Position numbers and translations under genes: made by a program. The notes under the pieces are model-generated. The model had not been told where the DNA came from. It ran no database searches and saw nothing but the letters and a program-made list of their open reading frames with translations. Of a DNA stretch of 64,000 bases, positions 27,256 through 37,317 are shown piece after piece (position 1 is the first letter of the stretch; every line of letters starts with the position of its first letter). Location: assembly GCA_051531975.1 (NCBI GenBank), contig JAOPTT010000002.1, positions 281,968 through 345,967 on the forward strand. Direction: 5' to 3'. Source of the DNA: Spirochaetaceae bacterium (GTDB taxonomy: Bacteria > Spirochaetota > Spirochaetia > DSM-2461).

Positions 27256-28074
27256 CTATATTGTTATTATTTCAAATGGTGTATGTAGTTTTTTAAATCC
27301 ACAATTTTTTATCATTATTAAAGCTTCATCAAAATAGCACTCTATATTATTTGATGCATGAACATCACTATTAAGACATATCTTAATATCTCTTTTAAAG
27401 CACTCCTCTAAAATCCATTTAGATGGATATGGAGTATCCTGAACTCCTCGGGAAATAGCACCTGTATTTACTTCAACTATAATATCCCTATTTTCAAGTA
27501 GATCTAGAGTTTCATAAACCTGTTTTTTATACCATGACTCTTCTTCTGTGAAATATCTAAAATCTTTATTGAACTTTTTAATAAGATCAAAATGACCTAA
27601 TATATTAAATCCACCCTGTTTTATTAAAGCCCGAACCTGAGAATAGTACTCTATAGTAAAATCCTCAATAGACCCAAAAATAGTATTTGTTACATAGTCA
27701 AAAACCTCAGGATTTTCATCTACACTATAATACACTTCTGAGTTTTTAAATTTAACCTGATGCACAGAACCTATAGAATACTCTAAACCAAGGTTTTTAA
27801 AATATTCAAACCGGTTTTCATCAGGATAATAATCAATTTCTAATCCCAAATGAATATCTATTTCATCTCTAAACTCCTCTTTAAGAGCCCTTATATTTTC
27901 TATGTACTTATTAACGTTATTTTCTTTTAGAGTCCAATCATTGTCCTCTTTTAGTGGTGCATGGGAGGAAAACCCTAAACTAGAGAATCCTCTTTTAATA
28001 GCTTCCTCAACATAACCTCTAGGGTCACCTTTTCCATCGCAATAAAAGCAATGTGTATGATAGTTTGTCTTCAT
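27256..28074 (-). CDS. PHP-family histidinol-phosphatase (HisJ/HisK type)
   Basis: NYHTHCFYCDG, GFSSHAP, GLEIDY, IGSVH, GHFDLIK, EVNTG, NSDVH. Confidence 0.85.
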   Translation of the reverse strand: MKTNYHTHCFYCDGKGDPRGYVEEAIKRGFSSLGFSSHAPLKEDNDWTLKENNVNKYIENIRALKEEFRDEIDIHLGLEIDYYPDENRFEYFKNLGLEYSIGSVHQVKFKNSEVYYSVDENPEVFDYVTNTIFGSIEDFTIEYYSQVRALIKQGGFNILGHFDLIKKFNKDFRYFTEEESWYKKQVYETLDLLENRDIIVEVNTGAISRGVQDTPYPSKWILEECFKRDIKICLNSDVHASNNIECYFDEALIMIKNCGFKKLHTPFEIITI

Positions 28075-28080
28075 AAACTA

Positions 28081-28110
28081 AATCTACTAACCTTTACTAC
28101 TTAAGGTCAA
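28081..28110 (-). promoter_or_regulatory. Promoter abutting start codon (leaderless candidate)
   Basis: Minus strand TTGACC-18bp-TAGATT, 6 nt before ATG 28074. Confidence 0.5.
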
Positions 28111-28168
28111 TATGAATATTTTAATGTTTAGCTTTAAAAACAAGCAAATATAGAATAAAATATAGTTA

Positions 28169-29845
28169 ATGATAGAAAATCAAGAAATGTGGTTCAGAGG
28201 ATTATTACATACATCAACAGATGCAATAATTGCTATAGATAAATCCACCAATATCTACTTCATGAATATTGTAGCCCAAAAACTATTAGGTACCGAAGAA
28301 TCTGAGGCAAAAGGTAAACCCTTGCAACGAATTCTAAAAATAAAAACATTTGATAATTCTGAGATACCTTTACTTCAAGATAATAACTACATAGAGTTAA
28401 ATAAATTTGAAGCCGAAGTTTATAATAGAATAAATAAACTTTACGTACAGGTTTCATGTAGTATGACTTCAGTTAGAGATTCAGATGGGAATTATAGTGG
28501 TAAAATACTCATTATAAAAGACATTGGGGAGATTAAATCACTATTCTCAAAAATAGATTATCAAACATCTCATGACTCACTTACAGGTCTTTTTAATAGA
28601 AAAAGATTAATTGAATACAGTGAAAAATTGATAAATTTATCTAAGACGAACAGTAGTACCCATGGTTTATTAAGTATAAGTTTAGATAAATTTAAAATAA
28701 TTAACGACACTTGTGGCCACACTGCAGGAGATGAGCTATTAAGAAAAATAACTAAGTTAATTAATGAAACAATAAGTAAAAACAAATATAAAATAGGTCG
28801 GATTGGTGCTGATGAATTTGGAGTATTATTTAAAAATACAAATATTACTGAAGTTACTCAATTTACAAAAACTATAAAAAGAAAAATATCAAAACAAGAT
28901 TTTATATGGGGCAAAAAAGAACATGCTATAACTTGTAGTTATGGAATAGTTATTATTGATAAAAACAGTAGAGATCACTATGAAATTTTTGCAGCCGTAG
29001 ATGATGCGTGTGCTATTTCCAAAGAAAATGGTGGTGGGAAAATTGAAATTTATGATAATGTCCATCTGAAATATAACAAACGTAGAGATGAAATGTTGTG
29101 GATTCATAAACTTAAAGAAGCAATAAAAAACCAGCAATTCAAATTATATTATCAGGAAATTGAATCTGTACAAAAAACCAATATAAAAAAGCTAGAAATA
29201 TTAGTTAGATTAAAGGATAGTGACGGCAATATTGTATCCCCTATAAATTTCATTCCCCCAGCCGAATTATATGGAATAATGCCAGAGATTGATAAAATTA
29301 TAATTGAACAATCTATAGCCTCTTGCAAAAAAATTATTGACAATAAAGAGATAAAAAGTAAATATATTTTTAGTGTTAATATCTCAGGGACATCTTTATT
29401 AGATAAAAGTCTACCTGGTTTTATATTAACAATTTTTCAGAAATATAAGGTCCCTCCAAATCTATTTTGTTTTGAAATTACAGAGACAGCAACAATAAAA
29501 AATATGGATATTGCAAGATCGTTTATAAATAACCTGAAACGAATAGGTTGTACTTTTAGTTTGGATGATTTTGGTAGTGGATTTTCAAACTTTACATATT
29601 TAAGAACAATGGATGTAGATTATTTGAAAATAGACGGTTCATTTATTAAAGATATGTTAGACGAACCAATAAATAAAGCTATGGTAGAATCAATAAATAA
29701 TATTGGGCATATAATGAAAATGAAAACTGTTGCCGAATATGTGGAGTCTGAAGAATTAAAAGCAGCTCTTATAGAGATTGGAGTAGATTATTTACAAGGT
29801 TATGCTATCTGTAAACCTACTCCAATAGAAGAACTGCTTAAATAA
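28169..29845 (+). CDS. PAS-GGDEF-EAL protein (probable c-di-GMP phosphodiesterase)
   Basis: PAS (DAIIAID...MN), HDSLTGLFNR, GADEF variant, EILVR, LDDFGSG, LKIDGSF, VAEYVE, LQGY. Confidence 0.9.
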   Translation: MIENQEMWFRGLLHTSTDAIIAIDKSTNIYFMNIVAQKLLGTEESEAKGKPLQRILKIKTFDNSEIPLLQDNNYIELNKFEAEVYNRINKLYVQVSCSMTSVRDSDGNYSGKILIIKDIGEIKSLFSKIDYQTSHDSLTGLFNRKRLIEYSEKLINLSKTNSSTHGLLSISLDKFKIINDTCGHTAGDELLRKITKLINETISKNKYKIGRIGADEFGVLFKNTNITEVTQFTKTIKRKISKQDFIWGKKEHAITCSYGIVIIDKNSRDHYEIFAAVDDACAISKENGGGKIEIYDNVHLKYNKRRDEMLWIHKLKEAIKNQQFKLYYQEIESVQKTNIKKLEILVRLKDSDGNIVSPINFIPPAELYGIMPEIDKIIIEQSIASCKKIIDNKEIKSKYIFSVNISGTSLLDKSLPGFILTIFQKYKVPPNLFCFEITETATIKNMDIARSFINNLKRIGCTFSLDDFGSGFSNFTYLRTMDVDYLKIDGSFIKDMLDEPINKAMVESINNIGHIMKMKTVAEYVESEELKAALIEIGVDYLQGYAICKPTPIEELLK

Positions 29846-29847
29846 AA

Positions 29848-30045
29848 CTACGCGGTTTGAACTTCAGTGAGATAGTTAGTTCTTAGGCAAGACTCAAAAA
29901 GTGTCTTACTCATAATTTCCTCTCTACTCTCTATGCCAAAACCATTATTTTTTTCTAATAGTACTTTTAATTTATCCTCAGCCTCATTGATAATTGTTAA
30001 AATCTCAGGATAATTTTCTGATCCTTTTACTCTAAATGTTCTCAT
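29848..30045 (-). CDS. Small hypothetical protein (65 aa)
   Basis: SD gagg 5 nt before ATG 30045; sequence ends MSKTLFESCLRTNYLTEV; fills the gap between genes. Confidence 0.65.
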   Translation of the reverse strand: MRTFRVKGSENYPEILTIINEAEDKLKVLLEKNNGFGIESREEIMSKTLFESCLRTNYLTEVQTA

Positions 30046-30077
30046 AGACACCTCTTTTCTAGTTTATGTATAACCTT

Positions 30078-30105
30078 TTATCGGTCTTTTTTATTTAGCA
30101 CTTTA
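30078..30105 (-). promoter_or_regulatory. Possible sigma28 (FliA)-type promoter
   Basis: Minus strand TAAA-N16-ACCGATAA versus consensus TAAA-N15-GCCGATAA. Confidence 0.45.
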
Positions 30106-30134
30106 TTGAAAGTTACTTTTCTATGGGGTAACAT
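30106..30134 (+). promoter_or_regulatory. aroK promoter abutting start codon (leaderless candidate)
   Basis: TTGAAA-17bp-TAACAT, 6 nt before ATG 30141, no SD. Confidence 0.6.
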
Positions 30135-30140
30135 ACCACC

Positions 30141-30653
30141 ATGAATAATTGTTTTTATATAATTGGAGTAAAACACTGTGGAAAAAGTAGTGTAGGAAAG
30201 GACCTAGCACATAGTCTTAATCTACCCTTCTACGATTTAGATGAAATAATAGAAAAATCAGTTAATATGAGTGTAAGAGATTTTTACAAAAAAGAAGGTA
30301 AAGATAGTTTCCAAAAACAAGAGACAAATGCTATCCTGTTTTTGCAAAAACAGTTAACTGGCTACATATGTGCAACTGGTGGTGGAATCTGTGATAACGG
30401 GGATGCTTACAAAATATTAGAACAAACAGACAATATATATTTAAATACATCATTCGAAACTGTATATGATCGTATTATTAAAAATGGCATACCAGCTTTT
30501 CTTAAATCTGATGATCCTAAAGCAGAATTTAATAGACTGTTTTTAACTAGAACAAAACTTTATAAAAATCTAAGTACAATAGAAATTAATGGAAATAATA
30601 AGACACAACACCAAATTAGTTTAGAACTAATAACAAAAGTAAGGGAGCTATAA
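30141..30653 (+). CDS. aroK: Shikimate kinase
   Basis: GVKHCGKSSVG P-loop, DLDEIIE, ATGGG; adjacent to aroC. Confidence 0.88.
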   Translation: MNNCFYIIGVKHCGKSSVGKDLAHSLNLPFYDLDEIIEKSVNMSVRDFYKKEGKDSFQKQETNAILFLQKQLTGYICATGGGICDNGDAYKILEQTDNIYLNTSFETVYDRIIKNGIPAFLKSDDPKAEFNRLFLTRTKLYKNLSTIEINGNNKTQHQISLELITKVREL

Positions 30654-31718
30654 ATGCCAGGAAGTAACTACGGAACTATATTCAAAATAACAACATTTGG
30701 GGAGTCACACGGAGAGGCTTTAGGTGTAGTAATCGATGGTGTACCAGCTGGATTTGAACTCTCATTAGATTTAATTCAAGAGGATATGGATCGAAGACGG
30801 CCTGGACAATCCGATGTTACAACTCCCAGAAAAGAAGCAGATAAAATAAAATGCTTATCAGGTTTTTTTCAAGGAAAGACAACAGGAACTCCCCTTACCC
30901 TTATACTGTTTAATGAGAATACTAAAAGTAAAGATTATGGTGATATAGTAGAGAAGTTTAGACCTGGTCATGGTGATTGGACCTACTTTTCAAAATATAA
31001 TGGACATAGAGACTGGAGAGGTGGTGGAAGATCATCAGGTAGAGAAACTTCTACTAGGGTTGCTGCAGGTTCTGTTGCTAAACAGTTATTAAAAACTCTG
31101 GATGTTGATATTCATGCATATACAAAAGCTGCCGGTGGAATAAAATGTCAAACATATAATAGAGAAGAGATTGAAAAAAATTCAATGAGAGCTTGTGATC
31201 CTATTGCAGCAGAAAAAATGGTCGCTAAGGTAAAAACTCTAATGAAAGAACACGATAGTATGGGTGGAATTGTAGAGTGTAAAATTACTAATATCCCTCC
31301 TGGTATTGGGGAACCAGTTTTTAATAAACTTGATGCAGAACTTGCCAAAGTGATTATGTCTATAGGTACAGTAAAAGGTTTTGAAATTGGTTCGGGATTT
31401 GCATGTGCAGAAATGACTGGGAAACAACAAAATGATGAACGAAACAAAGATGGGTTCTTATCTAATAATGCAGGTGGTATTATTGCAGGAATATCAACTG
31501 GGCAAGACATAGTTTTTAGGGCTGCAATAAAACCAACACCCTCAATAAGTCAAAAACAACAAACAGTAGATAAAAATAACAATGATACAGAGATTGTAAC
31601 AATAGGAAGACACGATCCGTGTATATGCCCAAGGGTTGTTCCAGTAATAGAAGCTATGGCAGCAATTGCTATCTTGGATCTTCTATTAGTACAAAAAAGA
31701 AATGAATTTATAAAATAA
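30654..31718 (+). CDS. aroC: Chorismate synthase
   Basis: [46 protein letters not shown]. Confidence 0.97.
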   Translation: MPGSNYGTIFKITTFGESHGEALGVVIDGVPAGFELSLDLIQEDMDRRRPGQSDVTTPRKEADKIKCLSGFFQGKTTGTPLTLILFNENTKSKDYGDIVEKFRPGHGDWTYFSKYNGHRDWRGGGRSSGRETSTRVAAGSVAKQLLKTLDVDIHAYTKAAGGIKCQTYNREEIEKNSMRACDPIAAEKMVAKVKTLMKEHDSMGGIVECKITNIPPGIGEPVFNKLDAELAKVIMSIGTVKGFEIGSGFACAEMTGKQQNDERNKDGFLSNNAGGIIAGISTGQDIVFRAAIKPTPSISQKQQTVDKNNNDTEIVTIGRHDPCICPRVVPVIEAMAAIAILDLLLVQKRNEFIK

Positions 31719-32414
31719 TTATCTAGCCCAACCACTCGTAGATGAGTTTTGGGCTTCGGGTTTAATATCTTCTTCTGGTGTAATTAATGGAGAGGTATAG
31801 ATTATTTCAGTTGGTTTTACTCTAACAATCCCACCTATAGGAACTTCTGCTAATAATATTTTATCTTCAAGACCTAAGAACTCTACTCTTTTTAACAATG
31901 CAAATAATTTTTTTCCATACGCAGGATCAGTAGCCCACCTTCCAGCTAAATCATGAACACTAATAGCAATCCCACGTTTTACTAAATTAAATCTAGGATC
32001 AATAAGTGCACCATTTAAAGAATCCGTTGTTGAATACGCTTTTAAATGCTGAATATGTGCTCGAACACCTTCTGGTATAGTTGAAAAGCTAGCCCCCTGT
32101 TTTCCATCAAATGAACCTAATCCACAAAAATTGTTTTGTGTATTTACAACTAATCCACCATAAGATAAAAAACCTGTTTCAAGGCACATCTGGACAAATG
32201 CGACATCCCAGTTAATACCCTCTTTTTTTGCTTCCTCTATATAAACGGTTGCAAATTCAATTGTTAACTCATCACCAAGTTCTTCATTACCGCTAGATAA
32301 AAAAAGAGCAAGAGTCTCTGGGGAGCTACTACCTATAGAGTATATTTTATCATTAATTCCAAACAAACTATTAGCAAATAGTAATAATAGATTAATTATT
32401 AGCAATCTTTTCAT
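31719..32414 (-). CDS. Glucosaminidase-domain (GH73-like) peptidoglycan hydrolase
   Basis: Signal peptide; [38 protein letters not shown]. Confidence 0.8.
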   Translation of the reverse strand: MKRLLIINLLLLFANSLFGINDKIYSIGSSSPETLALFLSSGNEELGDELTIEFATVYIEEAKKEGINWDVAFVQMCLETGFLSYGGLVVNTQNNFCGLGSFDGKQGASFSTIPEGVRAHIQHLKAYSTTDSLNGALIDPRFNLVKRGIAISVHDLAGRWATDPAYGKKLFALLKRVEFLGLEDKILLAEVPIGGIVRVKPTEIIYTSPLITPEEDIKPEAQNSSTSGWAR

Positions 32415-32592
32415 ACTTTTTTATTTTAATCTAATATTAGTAAATAAAACAAGTTAAAAAAGCTGATGGTTATTAATTTATATGATATGAATCTGATTTT
32501 ATCATTATTGTTTCTATTTTTAATTTAAATAAAGAGTTGAAGATAAATGCATATCTCTTTATCTATATTGTTTAATAATTTAATATAGTTAT

Positions 32593-33891
32593 ATGAGTAA
32601 TGAATTAGAGTTAGTTGATAACAACGAAATAATATCAGAAAAGTGTGAAGCTGCATTTTTAGTTGGTATTAGAGAACAGGGCGAAAAAGATGCTGATGCA
32701 CAAGAGCACTTAGAAGAATTAGTATCATTAGTCGACACTATGGGGATACCAGTTGTAGCTACTGCACAAGCAATTATACGAACACCAAATCCTAAACTTT
32801 TTATCGGGTCCGGTAAATTAGATGAAATTATTGAAAAAGCCAAAGAAGTCGAGTCTGACTTAATAATATTTGATGCCGAACTTTCTCCAAGACAACAAAG
32901 AAATATCGAAGAACTTTCTGGTATGACTATAATTGATCGACAAGAAGTTATTTTAGATATTTTTGCAGATCGGGCTAGTACAAAAGAAGCCACACTGCAG
33001 GTTCAATTAGCCAGATTAGAATATTCACTTCCGAGATTAACCAGAGCATGGACTCACTTATCAAGACAGCGTGGTGGGGCAAAAGGAAACAGAGGGAAAG
33101 GTGAAACACAATTAGAAAGTGACCGAAGAATGGTTATGAAATATATTGGAACACTAAAAAAAGAGATAAAAGAAGTTCAAAAGAGTAGAAATCTAATGAG
33201 AAAAAAACGAGCAGCGAGACCTGTTCCTTCCGCTGCTATTGTAGGTTATACAAATGCTGGTAAGTCTTCCTTATTAAATTTCTTAACAGGCAGTGACGTA
33301 TTAACAGAAGACAAATTATTTGCAACTTTAGATCCAACTTCTAGAAAGATTTCACTACCTGGTGGTCGAGAATTTATATTAACTGACACAGTAGGTTTTA
33401 TTAGGAAACTACCCCACGACTTAGTTGATGCATTTAAATCTACATTAGAAGAGGCAGCTTTCGCAGACTTTATAATTCATGTATTAGATATAACAAACCC
33501 TAATGTAATGCACCATCATAATGTGACATTAGAAGTTTTAGAAGATCTAGGAATCAAAGATAAAAAAATAATCACTGTATTAAATAAAATGGATATACTA
33601 GAAGAAGATACACCAGAAGTTTTAAATATTAGAGAATTTCCAGATGCTGTTCAAATCTCAACTTATACAGGGCAAGGAGTAGATGAGTTAACTGAGAAAG
33701 TACATAGTATATTAAAAGAGATTAATATCGAAATAAAATTACTTATACCTTTAGACCGGTGGGATATAATTGCACTACTTAAAAGAGAAGGTCATATTAT
33801 GTCTGAAGAGTACCTAGATAATGGTATTGAAGTACACGTATCTGTATCTGATAAAATAAGAAATCAATTAAAAGAGTATTCTATAGATTAA
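32593..33891 (+). CDS. hflX: Ribosome-splitting GTPase HflX
   Basis: GKGETQLESDRR, VGYTNAGKSS, LFATLDPT, TDTVGFIRKLPHDLVDAFKSTLEE, NKMD. Confidence 0.96.
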   Translation: MSNELELVDNNEIISEKCEAAFLVGIREQGEKDADAQEHLEELVSLVDTMGIPVVATAQAIIRTPNPKLFIGSGKLDEIIEKAKEVESDLIIFDAELSPRQQRNIEELSGMTIIDRQEVILDIFADRASTKEATLQVQLARLEYSLPRLTRAWTHLSRQRGGAKGNRGKGETQLESDRRMVMKYIGTLKKEIKEVQKSRNLMRKKRAARPVPSAAIVGYTNAGKSSLLNFLTGSDVLTEDKLFATLDPTSRKISLPGGREFILTDTVGFIRKLPHDLVDAFKSTLEEAAFADFIIHVLDITNPNVMHHHNVTLEVLEDLGIKDKKIITVLNKMDILEEDTPEVLNIREFPDAVQISTYTGQGVDELTEKVHSILKEINIEIKLLIPLDRWDIIALLKREGHIMSEEYLDNGIEVHVSVSDKIRNQLKEYSID

Positions 33892-33915
33892 AAGACAACG
33901 TAAAGGGTTACTCCT

Positions 33916-35439
33916 TTACTTGTCCTTTATAGAGTGTTGTATTAGCTGAACCATATAAAATAGTTTTTTATAAGTCTTAAGCATATCAGCTTCTAAGGGT
34001 ACTTCCTGGGTAGCTTGTAGATCTTTCCAGTTAATTATTAGTTCAACCTTTCCAGCTTTAAACTCTTCTAAGATAGCTTTTATAATATTCCCTAAGGTTA
34101 TTAAGTTCTTAACTGAAGTGCTAACAATCTCTTTAGCTTGGGCATTTACGTTTTTAATCTCACTATCTAGAGCGTTTTTAGCAATCATATCTTTACCAGC
34201 TTTTCTTAACATGGCCTTAATTCTACTACCAGTATTTTCGTCATCACTAAGAGATTGATCAAGCTCAAGACTCTGTGGTAATACTTCTTGAATTTGATGA
34301 AATGCCTCAGAAAATTCCTGACTTGTAACATGGGTAGACCACTGGCCTTTAATTAATAATGTCTCAATAACTGTTTTTGTTTCAGTTTTAAAATAATCAA
34401 GATAATAAGCCCGCAAATAGTTTATAGAATCAACATAAGTATATCCTTGCAATTCCTTTTTTTCATATGTTATATTGGCATGTTTAGTATAATACTTACT
34501 ACGTTCTACAGTAGTTACATCACCAAATATCATTTCGATATACTTAGTAATTGCCTGCTCTTTCTTCTGCTTCATGACACCTTTTAGCGCATTCTCTGCA
34601 TCTTCTCTGATAGCTTTTATATAGTCTTCAACTATAGAGATCTCTTCTAAGGAAAAAATAACTTCATAATATGGGTCTTCATCAACTATTTTAACAAGAT
34701 TTAGTAAAATATCTGAACTTTTAACATCCTGAATAGATCTAATAACCTTTGACCAGTTTTTCATATCCATCGTCATATTATCTCTATATTTGGCAAATAT
34801 TGCAAAAATATCTTTCCAATTAGTATTATTATCAACAATAGCTAAAACTTCTAAAAAGTCTTTTAAGTCCTCACCAATATATGTGGCATTAATATCTGAG
34901 AAATTTGGTTTATATAAAAAGTCGTAATTAGGTAATCTTGAATCAAACTTTTTTAATAAGAAGTAGTAGTTGTAACATGACAACTCTTTAAATATTAACA
35001 TTAAAGTAAATGTATTATTTATCTGATTAGTAAGATCACTTGAAAAGCTAGATACTAAGGAAATGATCTCTTTTTGAATTCCACTTGCGCTAAGTTTTAC
35101 ATTTTTACTTGTCTTTAAACGCTTATTTATCGCTTCAATAGATAATCGGTCTACGGCTTCTAATTGCTTTTCAGACATAAAATTTTCAACGATCATTCGC
35201 TTAAATTCTTTAGAGCTTTCAATATTTCCTAAGATATCAGAATAAGGAGCCACAGCTTTATATATATTATAAAAAAATTGAGCAATGTTAATTGTAACTT
35301 CATCTTTTTTTACATTATAAAACTTACTATTTTTTTTGAGACCTTTTTTAATTTCTTTAATAATTTTTTTATTTTTGGCGTTAGGATCTTCTTTCCCACC
35401 AAATATTGTCATTATTTTTTCTATTATATCAGCAAACAT
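33916..35439 (-). CDS. Hypothetical alpha-helical protein (conserved-spirochaete type, possibly DUF5312-like)
   Basis: 507-aa ORF, YNYYFLLKKFD motif, own promoter; family assignment from memory only. Confidence 0.6.
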   Translation of the reverse strand: MFADIIEKIMTIFGGKEDPNAKNKKIIKEIKKGLKKNSKFYNVKKDEVTINIAQFFYNIYKAVAPYSDILGNIESSKEFKRMIVENFMSEKQLEAVDRLSIEAINKRLKTSKNVKLSASGIQKEIISLVSSFSSDLTNQINNTFTLMLIFKELSCYNYYFLLKKFDSRLPNYDFLYKPNFSDINATYIGEDLKDFLEVLAIVDNNTNWKDIFAIFAKYRDNMTMDMKNWSKVIRSIQDVKSSDILLNLVKIVDEDPYYEVIFSLEEISIVEDYIKAIREDAENALKGVMKQKKEQAITKYIEMIFGDVTTVERSKYYTKHANITYEKKELQGYTYVDSINYLRAYYLDYFKTETKTVIETLLIKGQWSTHVTSQEFSEAFHQIQEVLPQSLELDQSLSDDENTGSRIKAMLRKAGKDMIAKNALDSEIKNVNAQAKEIVSTSVKNLITLGNIIKAILEEFKAGKVELIINWKDLQATQEVPLEADMLKTYKKLFYMVQLIQHSIKDK

Positions 35440-35445
35440 CCTTAT

Positions 35446-35474
35446 AATTTATGCTATAAACAGCCCAATGTCAA
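35446..35474 (-). promoter_or_regulatory. Promoter abutting start codon (leaderless candidate)
   Basis: Minus strand TTGACA-17bp-TAAATT, 6 nt before ATG 35439. Confidence 0.65.
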
Positions 35475-35502
35475 CGACAATATATACTACAAAATACTCT
35501 AT

Positions 35503-35531
35503 TTGAAACTCTTGTATCTATGAACTATACT
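35503..35531 (+). promoter_or_regulatory. Promoter abutting start codon (leaderless candidate)
   Basis: TTGAAA-17bp-TATACT, 6 nt before in-frame ATG 35538. Confidence 0.65.
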
Positions 35532-35537
35532 ATGATT

Positions 35538-36827
35538 ATGAATAGTATAGCTTTAAAATTAAATCAGGATTTACATGGAACTCAGGCAAGTTTTTTACTT
35601 TCAGATATGGGTAATAGACTTTTTTTTCCAAAAGGAATCGTTGCTCAAGCAGCCGAGGCTTCAGCAAAAGCAAAAAAGTATAACGCTACAGCAGGTATGG
35701 CAATCAAGAATGGGAAACCTTTAATACTTTCCAGTATTGAAAACTGTATCGATGGAATTGAGGCCAAAGATTTTATTACTTATGCACCAACACCTGGAAT
35801 TAAAGAACTCAGAGAATTATGGTTAAAAGGCATCAGAAAGAAGAACCCTAGCATTAAAAACGTTAATACATCATTACCAATTGTTGTCCCAGGTTTAACT
35901 AGTGGTATAAGCTTAACAGCGGATCTATTTTTAAACCCAGGAGATAATATAGTAATACCAGATCTGCACTGGGGAAATTACAACCTTATATTTCAAGCAA
36001 GAAAAGAGGTTAACATTAAAGAGTTTTCATTTTTTAATTCTGGGAACAGAGTAAATACTGAAGGTCTTAAAAATGCTTTAATTAAATCAGCAATAAATAA
36101 CAAAGTATCACTACTATTAAACTTCCCAAATAATCCAACAGGATATAGTCCAACTATAGATGAGGCAAAAACTATTGCTGAAACCTTAAAAGAAGTAGCA
36201 GATACCGGAATAAAAATATTAGTAATTACAGACGATGCATATTTTGGACTTTTTTATGAAGAGAATATCTATAAAGAATCTATTTTCTCTTTAGTTGCGG
36301 ACCTTCATGACAATATTCTTGCAGTTAAAATAGATGGCGCAACAAAAGAAGACTATGCATGGGGTTTAAGGGTTGGATTTATCACTTTTGCAGGTAGAGG
36401 TTTAACTGAGGTTCATACTAGTGCTTTAGAACAAAAACTTATGGGAGCAGTTAGATCCTCTTTTTCAAGTTCTCCAAAACTAAGTCAAAGTCTTGTGATT
36501 AAAGCTTTAAAGTCAGAAAGTTATAATAAAGACAAAAGGGACTTTGAAGATCTAATGAAAAAAAGATATATAAAAGTAAATCAGATCCTTAAAAATAGAA
36601 CTACTGGATTAAAATTAAAAGAGTATCCTTTTAACTCAGGATATTTCATGAATTTTAAAACTGAAAAGGGATATAACGAAAGATTAAGACAAGAGTTATT
36701 AAAACTTGGTATTGGTTCAATTGCTCTAGGAGATACAAGTTTTAGAATTGCATACTCAAGTGTTGATATTGATCAACTAGAAGATCTTTACAATATTATT
36801 TTTGATTGTTCTGATAATCTTCAATAA
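35538..36827 (+). CDS. PLP-dependent aminotransferase class I/II
   Basis: NFPNNPTGY, TDDAYFGL, KIDGATKEDYAWGLRVGF; start moved to 35538 on promoter geometry. Confidence 0.88.
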   Translation: MNSIALKLNQDLHGTQASFLLSDMGNRLFFPKGIVAQAAEASAKAKKYNATAGMAIKNGKPLILSSIENCIDGIEAKDFITYAPTPGIKELRELWLKGIRKKNPSIKNVNTSLPIVVPGLTSGISLTADLFLNPGDNIVIPDLHWGNYNLIFQARKEVNIKEFSFFNSGNRVNTEGLKNALIKSAINNKVSLLLNFPNNPTGYSPTIDEAKTIAETLKEVADTGIKILVITDDAYFGLFYEENIYKESIFSLVADLHDNILAVKIDGATKEDYAWGLRVGFITFAGRGLTEVHTSALEQKLMGAVRSSFSSSPKLSQSLVIKALKSESYNKDKRDFEDLMKKRYIKVNQILKNRTTGLKLKEYPFNSGYFMNFKTEKGYNERLRQELLKLGIGSIALGDTSFRIAYSSVDIDQLEDLYNIIFDCSDNLQ

Positions 36828-37317
36828 ATTTCAAATCCTCTTCTATGTTTTTTATCTCTTTGAGACCTAAACATAGAGGGGTTTTATTTTTATTCTCTTT
36901 TAAATCCTCAATAACAGCTAATTCATATAGTTCCAAAAGTATTTTACCAAATGAGTAAATATTATATTCATAGTTATCAACTAATATATTTCGTACAGAT
37001 TTCTCTTGTGGACTTAAATTTAATTCGAGAGAAGTTATATTAGTAATAGAAGAAAATTTTGGTAAAACATCAGTATTCACACTTTTTAAAAATTCAACAA
37101 AAGGAATAATTACATCGTAAATTTCCTCTATTTTAAAATTTTTTCTACCATACAAAAGACTTTTTTGACCTTCTAAACGAATAATAGTATCCCAATATTT
37201 TTCTTTCATCTTAGCATGTAAAGATATATTTCGAACTGTTTTTGTAAATAGATAGTTATAAAAATGTTGCTGTAATGCATCGATCTTATCTAGCATTTCT
37301 TTGTTTTCTGAAATCAC
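36796..37317 (-). CDS. Hypothetical protein
   Basis: 173-aa ORF with GTG start coupled (GTGA) to upstream radical SAM gene, SD aggag. Confidence 0.6.
   Translation of the reverse strand: MISENKEMLDKIDALQQHFYNYLFTKTVRNISLHAKMKEKYWDTIIRLEGQKSLLYGRKNFKIEEIYDVIIPFVEFLKSVNTDVLPKFSSITNITSLELNLSPQEKSVRNILVDNYEYNIYSFGKILLELYELAVIEDLKENKNKTPLCLGLKEIKNIEEDLKFIEDYQNNQK

Noticed and set aside
32415..32592. Very AT-rich 178-bp intergenic stretch as possible origin or ncRNA
   Set aside because: No DnaA boxes or stable stems seen; explained by divergent promoters
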